Shown here: positions 9,013 through 16,207 of the stretch, in pieces
How the letters are laid out: each line of letters starts with the position of its first letter
How positions within the stretch are numbered: the first letter of the stretch is position 1
Source: a virus
Reading direction: 5' to 3' (one strand)
DNA length: 39,466 bases
IMG/VR virus record: IMGVR_UViG_3300042743_000016
Notes under the pieces: generated by a model
The model's input: the letters and a program-made list of their open reading frames with translations, nothing else
Database searches by the model: none
What the model was told of the DNA's origin: nothing
Position numbers and translations under genes: made by a program

Positions 9013-9223
9013 CGGTCACCTTCGGTTTGCGGCCACGCTTGACGGGCTCAGGAACGCCCAAAACGTCCGAGAAGTTGACGAGGCCACGCCCACCAGCCTC
9101 AACATCACGAAGGCGGTTGATTTCATTGACGATCCGGCGCAACTCGTCCCCGCCACCGTCGTGACGCCCACGCAGCGGCTCGGCCTCTGCGCACAGGGCC
9201 GCGATTTGGTATTGAATGGTCAT
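9005..9223 (-). CDS. Hypothetical small protein
   Basis: ATG at 9223 forms an ATGA overlap with the TerL stop (MTIQYQIAAL...); 72 aa. Confidence 0.5.
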   Translation of the reverse strand: MTIQYQIAALCAEAEPLRGRHDGGGDELRRIVNEINRLRDVEAGGRGLVNFSDVLGVPEPVKRGRKPKVTDA

Positions 9224-10491
9224 ACGATGGATTTGTTGCTGTACTTGAGTTCGCCCCAAGACGACTCTTGGGCCTTGTTGAGACTCACAGCGAGGTAGCG
9301 GAAAGCGTCCGCAGCGTGGCTTGTCCAGTCGTGCAGCGGGCCGAAACTGATCTGCCGCTTGTCGTCAATCTTTTCGCGGTACTGTCGGATGGCATCCACG
9401 CCAACCGCCGTCTTGTTTTTGTCGAACCAGCACCGAGGCAAGGTCATCCGCGCCGCGTTGATCCCGTCTGCAATGGGCAGGTTCTCCAGCGGCGTGAAGT
9501 TGATCCCCAAGCCTCTGGCAATCTCTAGGCGACTCTTGCCGCTGCTCAACTCACGAACTTGGATGTCGTGGGGAGCAAAGTGCTTTTCGTACAGGTAGCC
9601 GCGCTCCTGCAAAACTTTGGCGTAGTGATCCAACCCGTAGCCCGATGCCTCGTAATAGTCGATCACCCGAATCTCTTTGCCGACCATCTGCCAGAACCAG
9701 ATCGTCATCGAGTCGCTGATTCCCAAGTCCCACGCCGTGTAGGTCTTGAGCATCGGGTCGTGAGGAACCGAAGTGATCCGGCCATCTGCCTCGGCCTTGC
9801 GAAGCTCACCCGCGTAATACGCGCCAGTGATCGCCGCATCGAACGAGCATTCGAACTCTTGTTCGTACTCGTTGGTCGGCATCATCGACCGCAGCCGGTT
9901 CAATTCCTCGGCGGGGATGATGCCAGTTTGGCTTGCCTTGAGAACCTGGCAGAACCACTCCGGATTGTTCTGCGACTGCTTGAAGCTCTGGCCCAGCAGG
10001 TTGCCCCAACCCTTCGGCGTCCCTGACAGGTCAAGCCACCCTTGCCGGTCAGACAGGGCGGGCATGATGATGGCCGTCAAAACGCTCGGGCTGATGTCCT
10101 GAGCCTCATCCCCTGCAATGCCGTCGAAGTAGAGGCCCCGCAGACGTTCAGCGTTCTCAGCACCGTAGAGGCGAATCGTCGCGTTGTTGTGCGCAAAGGT
10201 CACCGACAACTCGGACTCATTGACCCGGCCACCCATCGCCAGAATGGGGGCGCAGTACTCTTTGAGGTAGCCCCAAGCAATGTCCTTGGCTTGGATGTAG
10301 TACGGAGCCAGATACCCAAAACGCGGGTTCGGCTTCTCGCACGTCACCGCAGCCTTAATCAGCTTGTTGATCCGCGCAACCGTCTTGCCTGCACGCCGGT
10401 GGGCAACAGTGAGAGAAAACCGCTTGTCGCTTGCGTGGTAAGGCTTGAACGCCTCACGCGGGCGGTAATTAATCTCGATCACTCTTTCCAC
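9220..10491 (-). CDS. terL: Terminase large subunit
   Basis: 423 aa with Walker A-like VAHRRAGKT and a C-terminal nuclease-type region. GTG start; an alternative GTGA-coupled start lies at 10482. Confidence 0.9.
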   Translation of the reverse strand: MERVIEINYRPREAFKPYHASDKRFSLTVAHRRAGKTVARINKLIKAAVTCEKPNPRFGYLAPYYIQAKDIAWGYLKEYCAPILAMGGRVNESELSVTFAHNNATIRLYGAENAERLRGLYFDGIAGDEAQDISPSVLTAIIMPALSDRQGWLDLSGTPKGWGNLLGQSFKQSQNNPEWFCQVLKASQTGIIPAEELNRLRSMMPTNEYEQEFECSFDAAITGAYYAGELRKAEADGRITSVPHDPMLKTYTAWDLGISDSMTIWFWQMVGKEIRVIDYYEASGYGLDHYAKVLQERGYLYEKHFAPHDIQVRELSSGKSRLEIARGLGINFTPLENLPIADGINAARMTLPRCWFDKNKTAVGVDAIRQYREKIDDKRQISFGPLHDWTSHAADAFRYLAVSLNKAQESSWGELKYSNKSIV

Positions 10492-10793
10492 TTGAACACC
10501 ATCGACACGGGCTGGCTCTCGTCGCCGACGTGCTCAGTCCGGGCCAGCTTCGGCGCGGCGTACTCTGCCAGGCCGGACAAAAGCTCAAGCGCCTTCGCAG
10601 GGTTCGGCTTGCTGTTCTCAGAGCCATCGCCCTCAGCAACCAATGTGAGCCAGCGCCCAACGTTTTCGGCGTTGGACTCCAGCAGGGTGCGGACAGTCTC
10701 TCGAAACTCAGTGGTGGCCCGATTAGGCACGCCCTTGGGCCTTCCTGAGCCGGGACGAGCTCCGCCCTTCGGTTTTGGTTGGTTGTTTTTCAT
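10479..10793 (-). CDS. terS: Terminase small subunit (putative)
   Basis: 104 aa with a basic N-terminus KPKGGARPGSGRPKG. First gene of the late operon, immediately upstream of TerL. Confidence 0.65.
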   Translation of the reverse strand: MKNNQPKPKGGARPGSGRPKGVPNRATTEFRETVRTLLESNAENVGRWLTLVAEGDGSENSKPNPAKALELLSGLAEYAAPKLARTEHVGDESQPVSMVFKWKE

Positions 10794-10911
10794 TGCGAAT
10801 CCCTAGGGTTGTTCGCTGATCCCCTCGCCCGCCGCCTGGTCCGGAAGGAGCGCCGGGGGCTTACCTAAGCGTCAAGGGGTGCTGCTGATTCACTCAGTCA
10901 GCGCGTGAAAT

Positions 10912-10943
10912 GAAAAAGCCCCGCGCATTGCTGCGAAGGGCTT
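10912..10943 (-). terminator. tR'-like intrinsic terminator shortly downstream of the late promoter
   Basis: Minus-strand GCCC-TT-CGC-AGCAAT-GCG-C-GGGGC hairpin followed by TTTTTC, about 35 nt after the putative -10. Confidence 0.6.
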
Positions 10944-10978
10944 GGAGTGACACGTACTCAGCGTGCCTATAACTTCAC

Positions 10979-11007
10979 ACTGTACGGAAACACAGTTTTT
11001 CCGTCAA
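10979..11007 (-). promoter_or_regulatory. PR'-like late promoter (TTGACG-N17-TACAGT)
   Basis: The -35 overlaps the Q-like stop codon. A CGGAAA/TTTCCG inverted repeat lies in the spacer. Confidence 0.55.
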
Positions 11008-11393
11008 GCGATTTCAGCAACTTTTTTCACTCGCTCCAACTTTCGCGCCAACTCCTTGCCAGCCTCATGCGCCCAGTTGCCCCAGGTTCGATCTGTCACG
11101 CCATAGGCTGCGATGGCGTCGGCCATGCTGGGGATGCGCCAAACCTTGTAGGCGCGGGTGATGGCAAGGCGGTGCTTGTCGCTCAGTTCGGCAATGGCAA
11201 GCGCCACCTCGTCCCGATCCTTGCGGGTCAACTCCCACGGCTCAACGCTTCGCGCCTGGTTGGGGATGCGCTCGGCCAGGTAGGTGCATTTGGATGGGTA
11301 GCCCAGGCCGCCCCCCTTGGGGAATGAGCTAAATGCCCAATCCATCAAAAGGACGTGCAACCAATGAGGTTCGATGACGAGGCGTTTACTCAT
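11004..11393 (-). CDS. Late-gene regulator, antiterminator Q-like (putative)
   Basis: 129 aa. Last early gene, directly before the promoter-terminator pair and terminase. Pattern W..W...GGGLGYP... followed by a C-terminal HTH-like segment. Confidence 0.5.
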   Translation of the reverse strand: MSKRLVIEPHWLHVLLMDWAFSSFPKGGGLGYPSKCTYLAERIPNQARSVEPWELTRKDRDEVALAIAELSDKHRLAITRAYKVWRIPSMADAIAAYGVTDRTWGNWAHEAGKELARKLERVKKVAEIA

Positions 11394-11434
11394 TTTGACT
11401 CCGGTGATAGACTCGCGGCGCTGAACCCGCGAAG

Positions 11435-11470
11435 GCCCCGGAGCAGAAATGCGATGGGGCTTTTGTTTTA
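11435..11470 (+). terminator. Plus-strand-oriented intrinsic terminator just upstream of the Q-like gene
   Basis: GCCCC-N16-GGGGC hairpin followed by TTTTGTTTT on the plus strand only. Confidence 0.4.
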
Positions 11471-11704
11471 GGTCACGTCGTGCTGCTTGGCGTCAGCCAA
11501 GATGGCGTCGTAGTTTTCTGGCTTGTGACCGATCCGGGCGTATTGGATGAGGTAGACAAGCGCCGCCAACCGATCAGCCATCATGGGCAGCAATGGCGCG
11601 GCCACGGCCAGTTCAGCAGAGCGGAACAGCTCCAGCGCGTCAGACAACGTTTCAGCTTGGTACTGAGCCTCAATCAAAGCCTCGGTTTTGTTCATCTTGG
11701 GCAT
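11468..11704 (-). CDS. Hypothetical protein
   Basis: 78 aa with a TGATG-coupled ATG at 11704. Confidence 0.6.
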   Translation of the reverse strand: MPKMNKTEALIEAQYQAETLSDALELFRSAELAVAAPLLPMMADRLAALVYLIQYARIGHKPENYDAILADAKQHDVT

Positions 11705-12183
11705 CACGCCACTCCTTTCAAAAGGGCTTGCAGTTGTTCCAGCTTCTTGCGGCCTTCGGCGTTCACTGCGTTCTGTTCTTCGATCTCGATTGCTGCCGAT
11801 TCAATCTCCGCCGCCAACGACTTGAGCTGAAGCGCGAGGACGGAAAGCCTGTCAATGGTGCTGAGGCTTGTTGATTGGTTTGACTTAACAGGTTGCGTGC
11901 TCATTTCTGGCTCCTTCGGCTGCTTGTCTGGTTCTGTTTTGGCTGTGACCTTGGCTCTGCGGAACTTCCCTGGCGGCGACTCATTGACCAAGCCGCACTT
12001 GACGAGGGTGTGAACACATCCGCCAAACACCTGATGGTCACGGGTAATGCCCAGCGCCTTACGGTCGGCCTCTGCTCGAATTTGCTGAATGGTCCACACC
12101 TCTTGAATGGGGATGACGCCATAGACCTTTTGGCAAACGGAGCTAAGCCCCTCATAAATCGAGTTGAAACGCTGGTGGTTCAT
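11704..12183 (-). CDS. Hypothetical protein (possible winged helix plus C-terminal coiled coil)
   Basis: 159-aa ORF in the nin-like block. Confidence 0.6.
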   Translation of the reverse strand: MNHQRFNSIYEGLSSVCQKVYGVIPIQEVWTIQQIRAEADRKALGITRDHQVFGGCVHTLVKCGLVNESPPGKFRRAKVTAKTEPDKQPKEPEMSTQPVKSNQSTSLSTIDRLSVLALQLKSLAAEIESAAIEIEEQNAVNAEGRKKLEQLQALLKGVA

Positions 12184-12192
12184 GTGCTCCTT

Positions 12193-12531
12193 TCAAATCG
12201 CCAAAAACTCAACACGCACGCCGTACTGGCCGCGCTTGCACTTCTCTTGGGCGTACACCCATGTGATGGGGCCTTGGGGGCCGTCATCGACTCCGCAGAT
12301 GCGGGCGATTTCGTCTCTGATGGCCTTGCACGCGCCTTGCAGGTTGTCGTCGTCACACAGGGATGAGGACAGGCGGACCATCCTGACAATGCAGGGGGTG
12401 AAGAACGGGCGCACGATGGCTGCGACGGCTGCGCGCTCTGCTTTGACCCTTGATGCACGCTTCCTCCAATGCTCCCTGGCATTGAGGCCGGTCACGGTCT
12501 TGATGGGGATGAGGTAGGACGCTCCTGCCAT
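12193..12531 (-). CDS. rusA: RusA-like Holliday junction resolvase (putative)
   Basis: About 112 aa. SLCDDDNLQGACKAIRDEIARICGVDDGP matches the RusA D.DN..K...D......DD pattern. ATG at 12531 is TGATG-coupled. Confidence 0.6.
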   Translation of the reverse strand: MAGASYLIPIKTVTGLNAREHWRKRASRVKAERAAVAAIVRPFFTPCIVRMVRLSSSLCDDDNLQGACKAIRDEIARICGVDDGPQGPITWVYAQEKCKRGQYGVRVEFLAI

Positions 12532-12638
12532 CAAAGCACCCCCAGCAGCACCCCGAAGGCCGCGACAGTCCGAATCAGGCCGTAGATGGCCACCGTCACA
12601 AGGCAGGCGTTGTAGAACGCAATTTCGCGGTCACTCAT
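12531..12638 (-). CDS. 35-aa hydrophobic micro-protein
   Basis: Not in the track. MSDREIAFYNACLVTVAIYGLIRTVAAFGVLLGVL, coupled at both ends (ATGA, TGATG). About 80% G/C at third positions by hand count. Confidence 0.5.
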   Translation of the reverse strand: MSDREIAFYNACLVTVAIYGLIRTVAAFGVLLGVL

Positions 12639-12906
12639 CGCCAGTCACCCCACTCTCCACGGTTGCCTTTGTTGAGTTGGTCGAGGTAATCAGCCCTAAG
12701 CCGAGATACGGGGCGCTTTTTGCCAAGATCGTCAAGCCAGGCGTCAACCCAGGCCGGGCCTCGCTCAACATGCCATCGGCAGACTTGACGAACCAAGCAC
12801 CTGTACCGATGCGCCCTGCCTGAGGGCAACTCGCCGCCCGGTGCCCCGTCCTGCCGCATAAGGTGCAGACCTTTTCATTCACAACAAACCCCTTCCGGAA
12901 ACACAA
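12631..12906 (-). CDS. Alternative frame encoding a CCHC zinc knuckle (status unresolved)
   Basis: CTLCGRTGHRAASC fits C-X2-C-X4-H-X4-C exactly. The track start is TTG; a GTG at 12883 is also possible. The C-terminal half looks non-protein-like. Confidence 0.3.
   Translation of the reverse strand: MCFRKGFVVNEKVCTLCGRTGHRAASCPQAGRIGTGAWFVKSADGMLSEARPGLTPGLTILAKSAPYLGLGLITSTNSTKATVESGVTGDE
12635..12859 (-). CDS. Hypothetical protein (frame coupled to the downstream micro-ORF)
   Basis: 74-aa ATG-initiated ORF whose stop forms an ATGA overlap with the next gene. Confidence 0.45.
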   Translation of the reverse strand: MRQDGAPGGELPSGRAHRYRCLVRQVCRWHVERGPAWVDAWLDDLGKKRPVSRLRADYLDQLNKGNRGEWGDWR

Positions 12907-13216
12907 AGCCCGCCTGCTTCGCCCGCTTCTGCGCCGACTTCACGAAAAACTCAGTCAGGGCTTCTTTGTTGAGCTTCGTGACGATCAGCCCTTGATCGAA
13001 CATCGAGTGACAGCCTTGGACGCCGGGGCGTTCGCAGCAAAGCGGAAACGTCGCGTAGTCGCTGGCCTTCATGGCCCCACCCTTGCCGTGCTTGGCGAGG
13101 TTTGAGTGAGCTACCTGGCTGTATCCCTCGATGCCGCATGAGAAGCAAGGCATCGAGGCAATCAAGCGACGGTACTTCTCGTCGCGGGCTGGTCGGGTTT
13201 TGGGGATAGAGGTCAT
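12875..13216 (-). CDS. DUF968/Ref-like HNH-type protein (putative)
   Basis: 113 aa. MPCFSCG...VAH...GKG..KASDY..FPLC...CH matches the Cys/His pattern of DUF968 (P1 Ref-like). Confidence 0.55.
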   Translation of the reverse strand: MTSIPKTRPARDEKYRRLIASMPCFSCGIEGYSQVAHSNLAKHGKGGAMKASDYATFPLCCERPGVQGCHSMFDQGLIVTKLNKEALTEFFVKSAQKRAKQAGFVFPEGVCCE

Positions 13217-13560
13217 TCGTCCACCTTGTCAGGAGATGGGTTGACCTCAAACCGGCGAGCCTTGATCGTCTCGCGCCCCTCAAGAATGGCTTTCATGAGT
13301 CGGTGTCGCCCATCCATGAGTTCACCGTCCTCATCCAAAATTATTGGGAACGTCAGGTCGGCCTCTTGAACCGCCTTCATGTGCCCGACAAGCTCCCTTA
13401 ATGTCAGCTTCTCGTAAACGAAATAGACGCTCATGTGATCGATGCACACATCCATGACCGGGAGGTCTTTGGACAACTCAAATAGGCGCGGCACAGACCA
13501 TGAGTGACGACCAAGCGTTGCCATTTGCTCTTCTGGTTTGATCCATTCTTTAATCTTCAT
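13213..13560 (-). CDS. ParB/Srx-like nuclease-domain protein (putative)
   Basis: 115 aa from the ATG at 13560. Contains the motif LMDGRHRLMKAILEG (DGxHR). Noticeably lower GC than its neighbours. Confidence 0.6.
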   Translation of the reverse strand: MKIKEWIKPEEQMATLGRHSWSVPRLFELSKDLPVMDVCIDHMSVYFVYEKLTLRELVGHMKAVQEADLTFPIILDEDGELMDGRHRLMKAILEGRETIKARRFEVNPSPDKVDE

Positions 13561-13982
13561 CACGCCTCCATCCACTCAGGAGCCGAAAACCTCACGCCCT
13601 GCTCTGCACCCCACGCTTGGGCGTACTCGATCAGTTCGGCGCACTCTTTGATGGTCAGAGTCGATGTGCGGCGAAACACCACATCCACCCCGTGACCATC
13701 GACAGCCGGAAGAATCTCGACAGATTCACCACGCGCGCGAAGCCACCCAGCCGTCAGCAGGCGCTTCCATGTGTCAACGTCGCGGGGCTTGCCTGCCCAC
13801 TTGACCTGACGGGCGATGTCAGCCAGGCAGGCGTGCAACTTGGCGTTCTGCTCAGTGCTGCGGGTCTTTTCCTTGACCTCCAACACCATCGTTTGACCGG
13901 CCATCAGGTGCGCTTTGATCTGAGGCCACAGGGACAGAATGGCCGTGTACCCTTGCTGGGCGTTGTGAAGGATGACGTTCAT
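13560..13982 (-). CDS. ninB: NinB-like recombination protein
   Basis: 140 aa from the ATGA-coupled ATG at 13982. RSTEQNAKLHACLADIARQV is the NinB signature. Confidence 0.7.
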   Translation of the reverse strand: MNVILHNAQQGYTAILSLWPQIKAHLMAGQTMVLEVKEKTRSTEQNAKLHACLADIARQVKWAGKPRDVDTWKRLLTAGWLRARGESVEILPAVDGHGVDVVFRRTSTLTIKECAELIEYAQAWGAEQGVRFSAPEWMEA

Positions 13983-14569
13983 GCAGCCTCCATCTGCGTC
14001 ACAAGGTCGGTGTAGTCGGCCCATTGACTGGCCATTGCAGCCGCGACACCCTCAAAGGTGCGACTTCGTTCTTTCCAGCGATCAGGCCCCGGCGGCATCA
14101 TGAGGATGCGTGGCTCACGACCAAGAACGATCTTGGTGGGCACGAGCGGAGGCAAGCCCTTCAGCCACAAACAGGTGGCCTTGGTTTCGCCATGCCCAAA
14201 TTGCCAAGGCTGGATGACCTGATCCGGCTCACGCCACACCGATGACATGATGCAAACAGGGTTCTCGATGGCGATGCGAGGCACCGGAGCGCGGGCGATG
14301 GACAAGAAGAACTCGATTGCTTCCTGCTGCTCACCGCTGGCCCGCTTCTCAGGGAACCAACGCGAACCACTCACGGCCAAATGGGTGCAGGGCGGGTGCG
14401 CAATTAGCATGTCCCAACCTTGTTTGATGGCATCTAAACAGTCACCTTGAATGTGGTGGCGGCTGTTGTCCTCTGATTCCAGCAAATCACATGACCAAGC
14501 ATCGTGACCAAGGGCGCGGAAGGCATTACGCACGCGCCCGGAGTATTCGCAAGCGACAAGCACCCTCAT
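13979..14569 (-). CDS. Small DNA cytosine-C5 methyltransferase-like protein
   Basis: 196 aa from the ATGA-coupled ATG at 14569. VLVACEYSG is motif I-like, IAHPPCTHL is the motif IV PC dipeptide, and AIENP is motif VI ENV-like. No obvious target-recognition domain. Confidence 0.6.
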   Translation of the reverse strand: MRVLVACEYSGRVRNAFRALGHDAWSCDLLESEDNSRHHIQGDCLDAIKQGWDMLIAHPPCTHLAVSGSRWFPEKRASGEQQEAIEFFLSIARAPVPRIAIENPVCIMSSVWREPDQVIQPWQFGHGETKATCLWLKGLPPLVPTKIVLGREPRILMMPPGPDRWKERSRTFEGVAAAMASQWADYTDLVTQMEAA

Positions 14570-15039
14570 GCAGCCTCCACCACAGTTGCCGTCTTGTGCA
14601 CCACAGCAGCGGCCACACGGAGAGCCGTGCGCTTGGTGATGCGAGCCCAATCGCTGGAGGTCATCGTGGACAGCAGATCAGCCCACAGCGTTTGAAGGTC
14701 GCGCAGCATCTGAAGCTCTGAGGCGCGCAGAGACAGAACACCACCCTTGCGGCGCTCCATGGCTTCGCTCACCATGTCCATGCAGCCGTCGATGAAATCA
14801 TCGCCGCCGTTCATCAAGCGGCCTTCTGCGTTGGTGACGTTGCAGACGTTGATGACATCAAAGACGATCATCCAATCCTCTTTGAGCCCGCCCGTCTTGC
14901 TGATGTTGCTGACGGCGGTTGCAAGGTTCATCGCTTGCTTGAGCTGGTCGGGCTTGGACAGGAAGAACGAGCCTTGCAGGGCCACGATGTGCGCCGAAGG
15001 GTTGACCTGCTTGGGGCGGTAGGCTTTGCGCTTGCTCAT
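14566..15039 (-). CDS. Hypothetical protein
   Basis: 157 aa from the ATGA-coupled ATG at 15039. Confidence 0.65.
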   Translation of the reverse strand: MSKRKAYRPKQVNPSAHIVALQGSFFLSKPDQLKQAMNLATAVSNISKTGGLKEDWMIVFDVINVCNVTNAEGRLMNGGDDFIDGCMDMVSEAMERRKGGVLSLRASELQMLRDLQTLWADLLSTMTSSDWARITKRTALRVAAAVVHKTATVVEAA

Positions 15040-15686
15040 GCGGCCTCCTGATGACCAAACAGCGCGGCGTTGATGGCCTGCTGCTTTTTCTTGGCCTGGC
15101 GTGCGTGGTACTGGCGAAGCGACTTTTCGCGCTGGTTTTGCGCCTTGGGTCTGGCAACGTCTCGACCAGCACCCAGCATGAACACCCGCGCCGGGTAGCC
15201 GGTCCAGTTCTGGTGCCATGCCCCGACGTGCGCCAAACCGATGCGGCGGACATGGTTGACGAATCTCGTTGCCGTGGCCTCGTTGCAGCCGGTGCGCTCA
15301 ACCAATTCCGCGATGGTCCCGCCCTCATCAAGACCATGAATCAGGCTTGCAAACAGCACCATGTTTGCCGATGGGCGCATGCGCACGCCATTGCCCCACG
15401 GCGTTTGCGGCTCCAAGCCTTCGCGGGTCATGGGAGGCTTGACGCTATCTCCGGAACCACCACAGAAGATGGCCGCAGGCGTTCCACGCACAGCGCGATC
15501 CCATCCAGCAACGTGCGCGACATCGAGTTGAACCATGCAGCGCAACACACGGCGCAGGACGACAAGGCCGCACTTGTGCTGCTCTGACACTTGGCGGGCC
15601 GTCATTGGTGCGACGGTGATGATCTTGAGGATGTCGGCAAGGTCAAGCACGCTCATGTGCTGGCCGACTTTGGCTTTTTTGGTCAT
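15036..15686 (-). CDS. Hypothetical DNA-binding-like protein (two winged-helix-like halves)
   Basis: 216-aa ORF with an ATGA-coupled start. Confidence 0.6.
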   Translation of the reverse strand: MTKKAKVGQHMSVLDLADILKIITVAPMTARQVSEQHKCGLVVLRRVLRCMVQLDVAHVAGWDRAVRGTPAAIFCGGSGDSVKPPMTREGLEPQTPWGNGVRMRPSANMVLFASLIHGLDEGGTIAELVERTGCNEATATRFVNHVRRIGLAHVGAWHQNWTGYPARVFMLGAGRDVARPKAQNQREKSLRQYHARQAKKKQQAINAALFGHQEAA

Positions 15687-16207
15687 GCGGCCCTCCGCTG
15701 ATTGATCGCTTGCCCCAGCACAGCAAGGTCAAACTTCTCCGATGTGTCAATGCCGTACAAAGAAAGGATTTCAGAGCGAAGCGCAATACGCCAAAAGTCC
15801 CGTTGCGCCTTGTTCAACTTGACCCCCTGAATCTCAAGGCGCATGTGTTCACGCTGGTTGTGCAGAACGTCATGCTTCGGCTTCGTCGCCTGCATCACCG
15901 CCCGCTCAATTGCTGCCGCCGCTGCTGCCTGGTTGACCTCGGGCGCAGGGAGCGCCGGTTGCTTGGGCTCAGGTGCTCGGCGGCAGATTTCGCGGAACTG
16001 AAGGACGGTCGGCGGGTTGTCCGGGTCAAGGTGCTGAAGGGCGTAAGCAATGGCTTTGGGTCGGTTCTCGATGCCATCCAGCTCATGAGCCCAATCGGCC
16101 TTGACCTTGCTGAGATCAAGCCCAGACCATCGACCAATGAACTGATGGCCGTAGACCATCGTCAGCTTGTCGAAAATCTTGTCAATCCAAGAGGCGGGCA
16201 TCGGCAT
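15683..16207 (-). CDS. Lambda P-like replication protein (helicase loader, putative)
   Basis: IFDKLTMVYGHQF...VKADWAHEL and PPTVLQFREICRRA resemble the lambda P segments FSQLLATFP...RRQWVLAF and PSPGQFVAWCRE. Start at 16207 is preceded by GAGGAA. Confidence 0.5.
   Translation of the reverse strand: MPMPASWIDKIFDKLTMVYGHQFIGRWSGLDLSKVKADWAHELDGIENRPKAIAYALQHLDPDNPPTVLQFREICRRAPEPKQPALPAPEVNQAAAAAAIERAVMQATKPKHDVLHNQREHMRLEIQGVKLNKAQRDFWRIALRSEILSLYGIDTSEKFDLAVLGQAINQRRAA

Noticed and set aside
7075-9042. Very long antisense ORFs in the track: 7075..9042(+), 4382..5704(+), 32722..34440(+), 36421..38055(+), 23784..24599(-), 24317..25459(-), 28839..29606(+), 30485..31495(+).
   Set aside because: Each mirrors a gene with a clear family signature or good coupling on the other strand. 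Their translations are Arg/Gly/His/Pro/Leu-rich with no motifs and no RBS. This is typical of stop-poor antisense frames in GC-rich DNA.
10864-10877. CCTAAGCGTCAAGG in the terminase leader resembles the OR segment CCTAA...GTCAAGG and gives TTGACG on the minus strand.
   Set aside because: No -10-like hexamer lies at a suitable distance, and only one operator half-site is present. It is probably a chance match.
10947-11327. Plus-strand ORF antisense to the Q-like gene, considered as the coding product of a putative anti-Q transcript.
   Set aside because: It uses a non-ATG start, has no RBS and has a shadow-frame composition. If an antisense RNA exists it is more likely non-coding.
12762-12878. 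A third frame starting with an ATGA overlap on the DUF968-like gene stop (MKRSAPYAAGRGTGRRVALRQGASVQVLGSSSLPMAC).
   Set aside because: The peptide is 38 aa, Arg/Gly/Ala-rich and junk-like, and it overlaps two better candidate frames.
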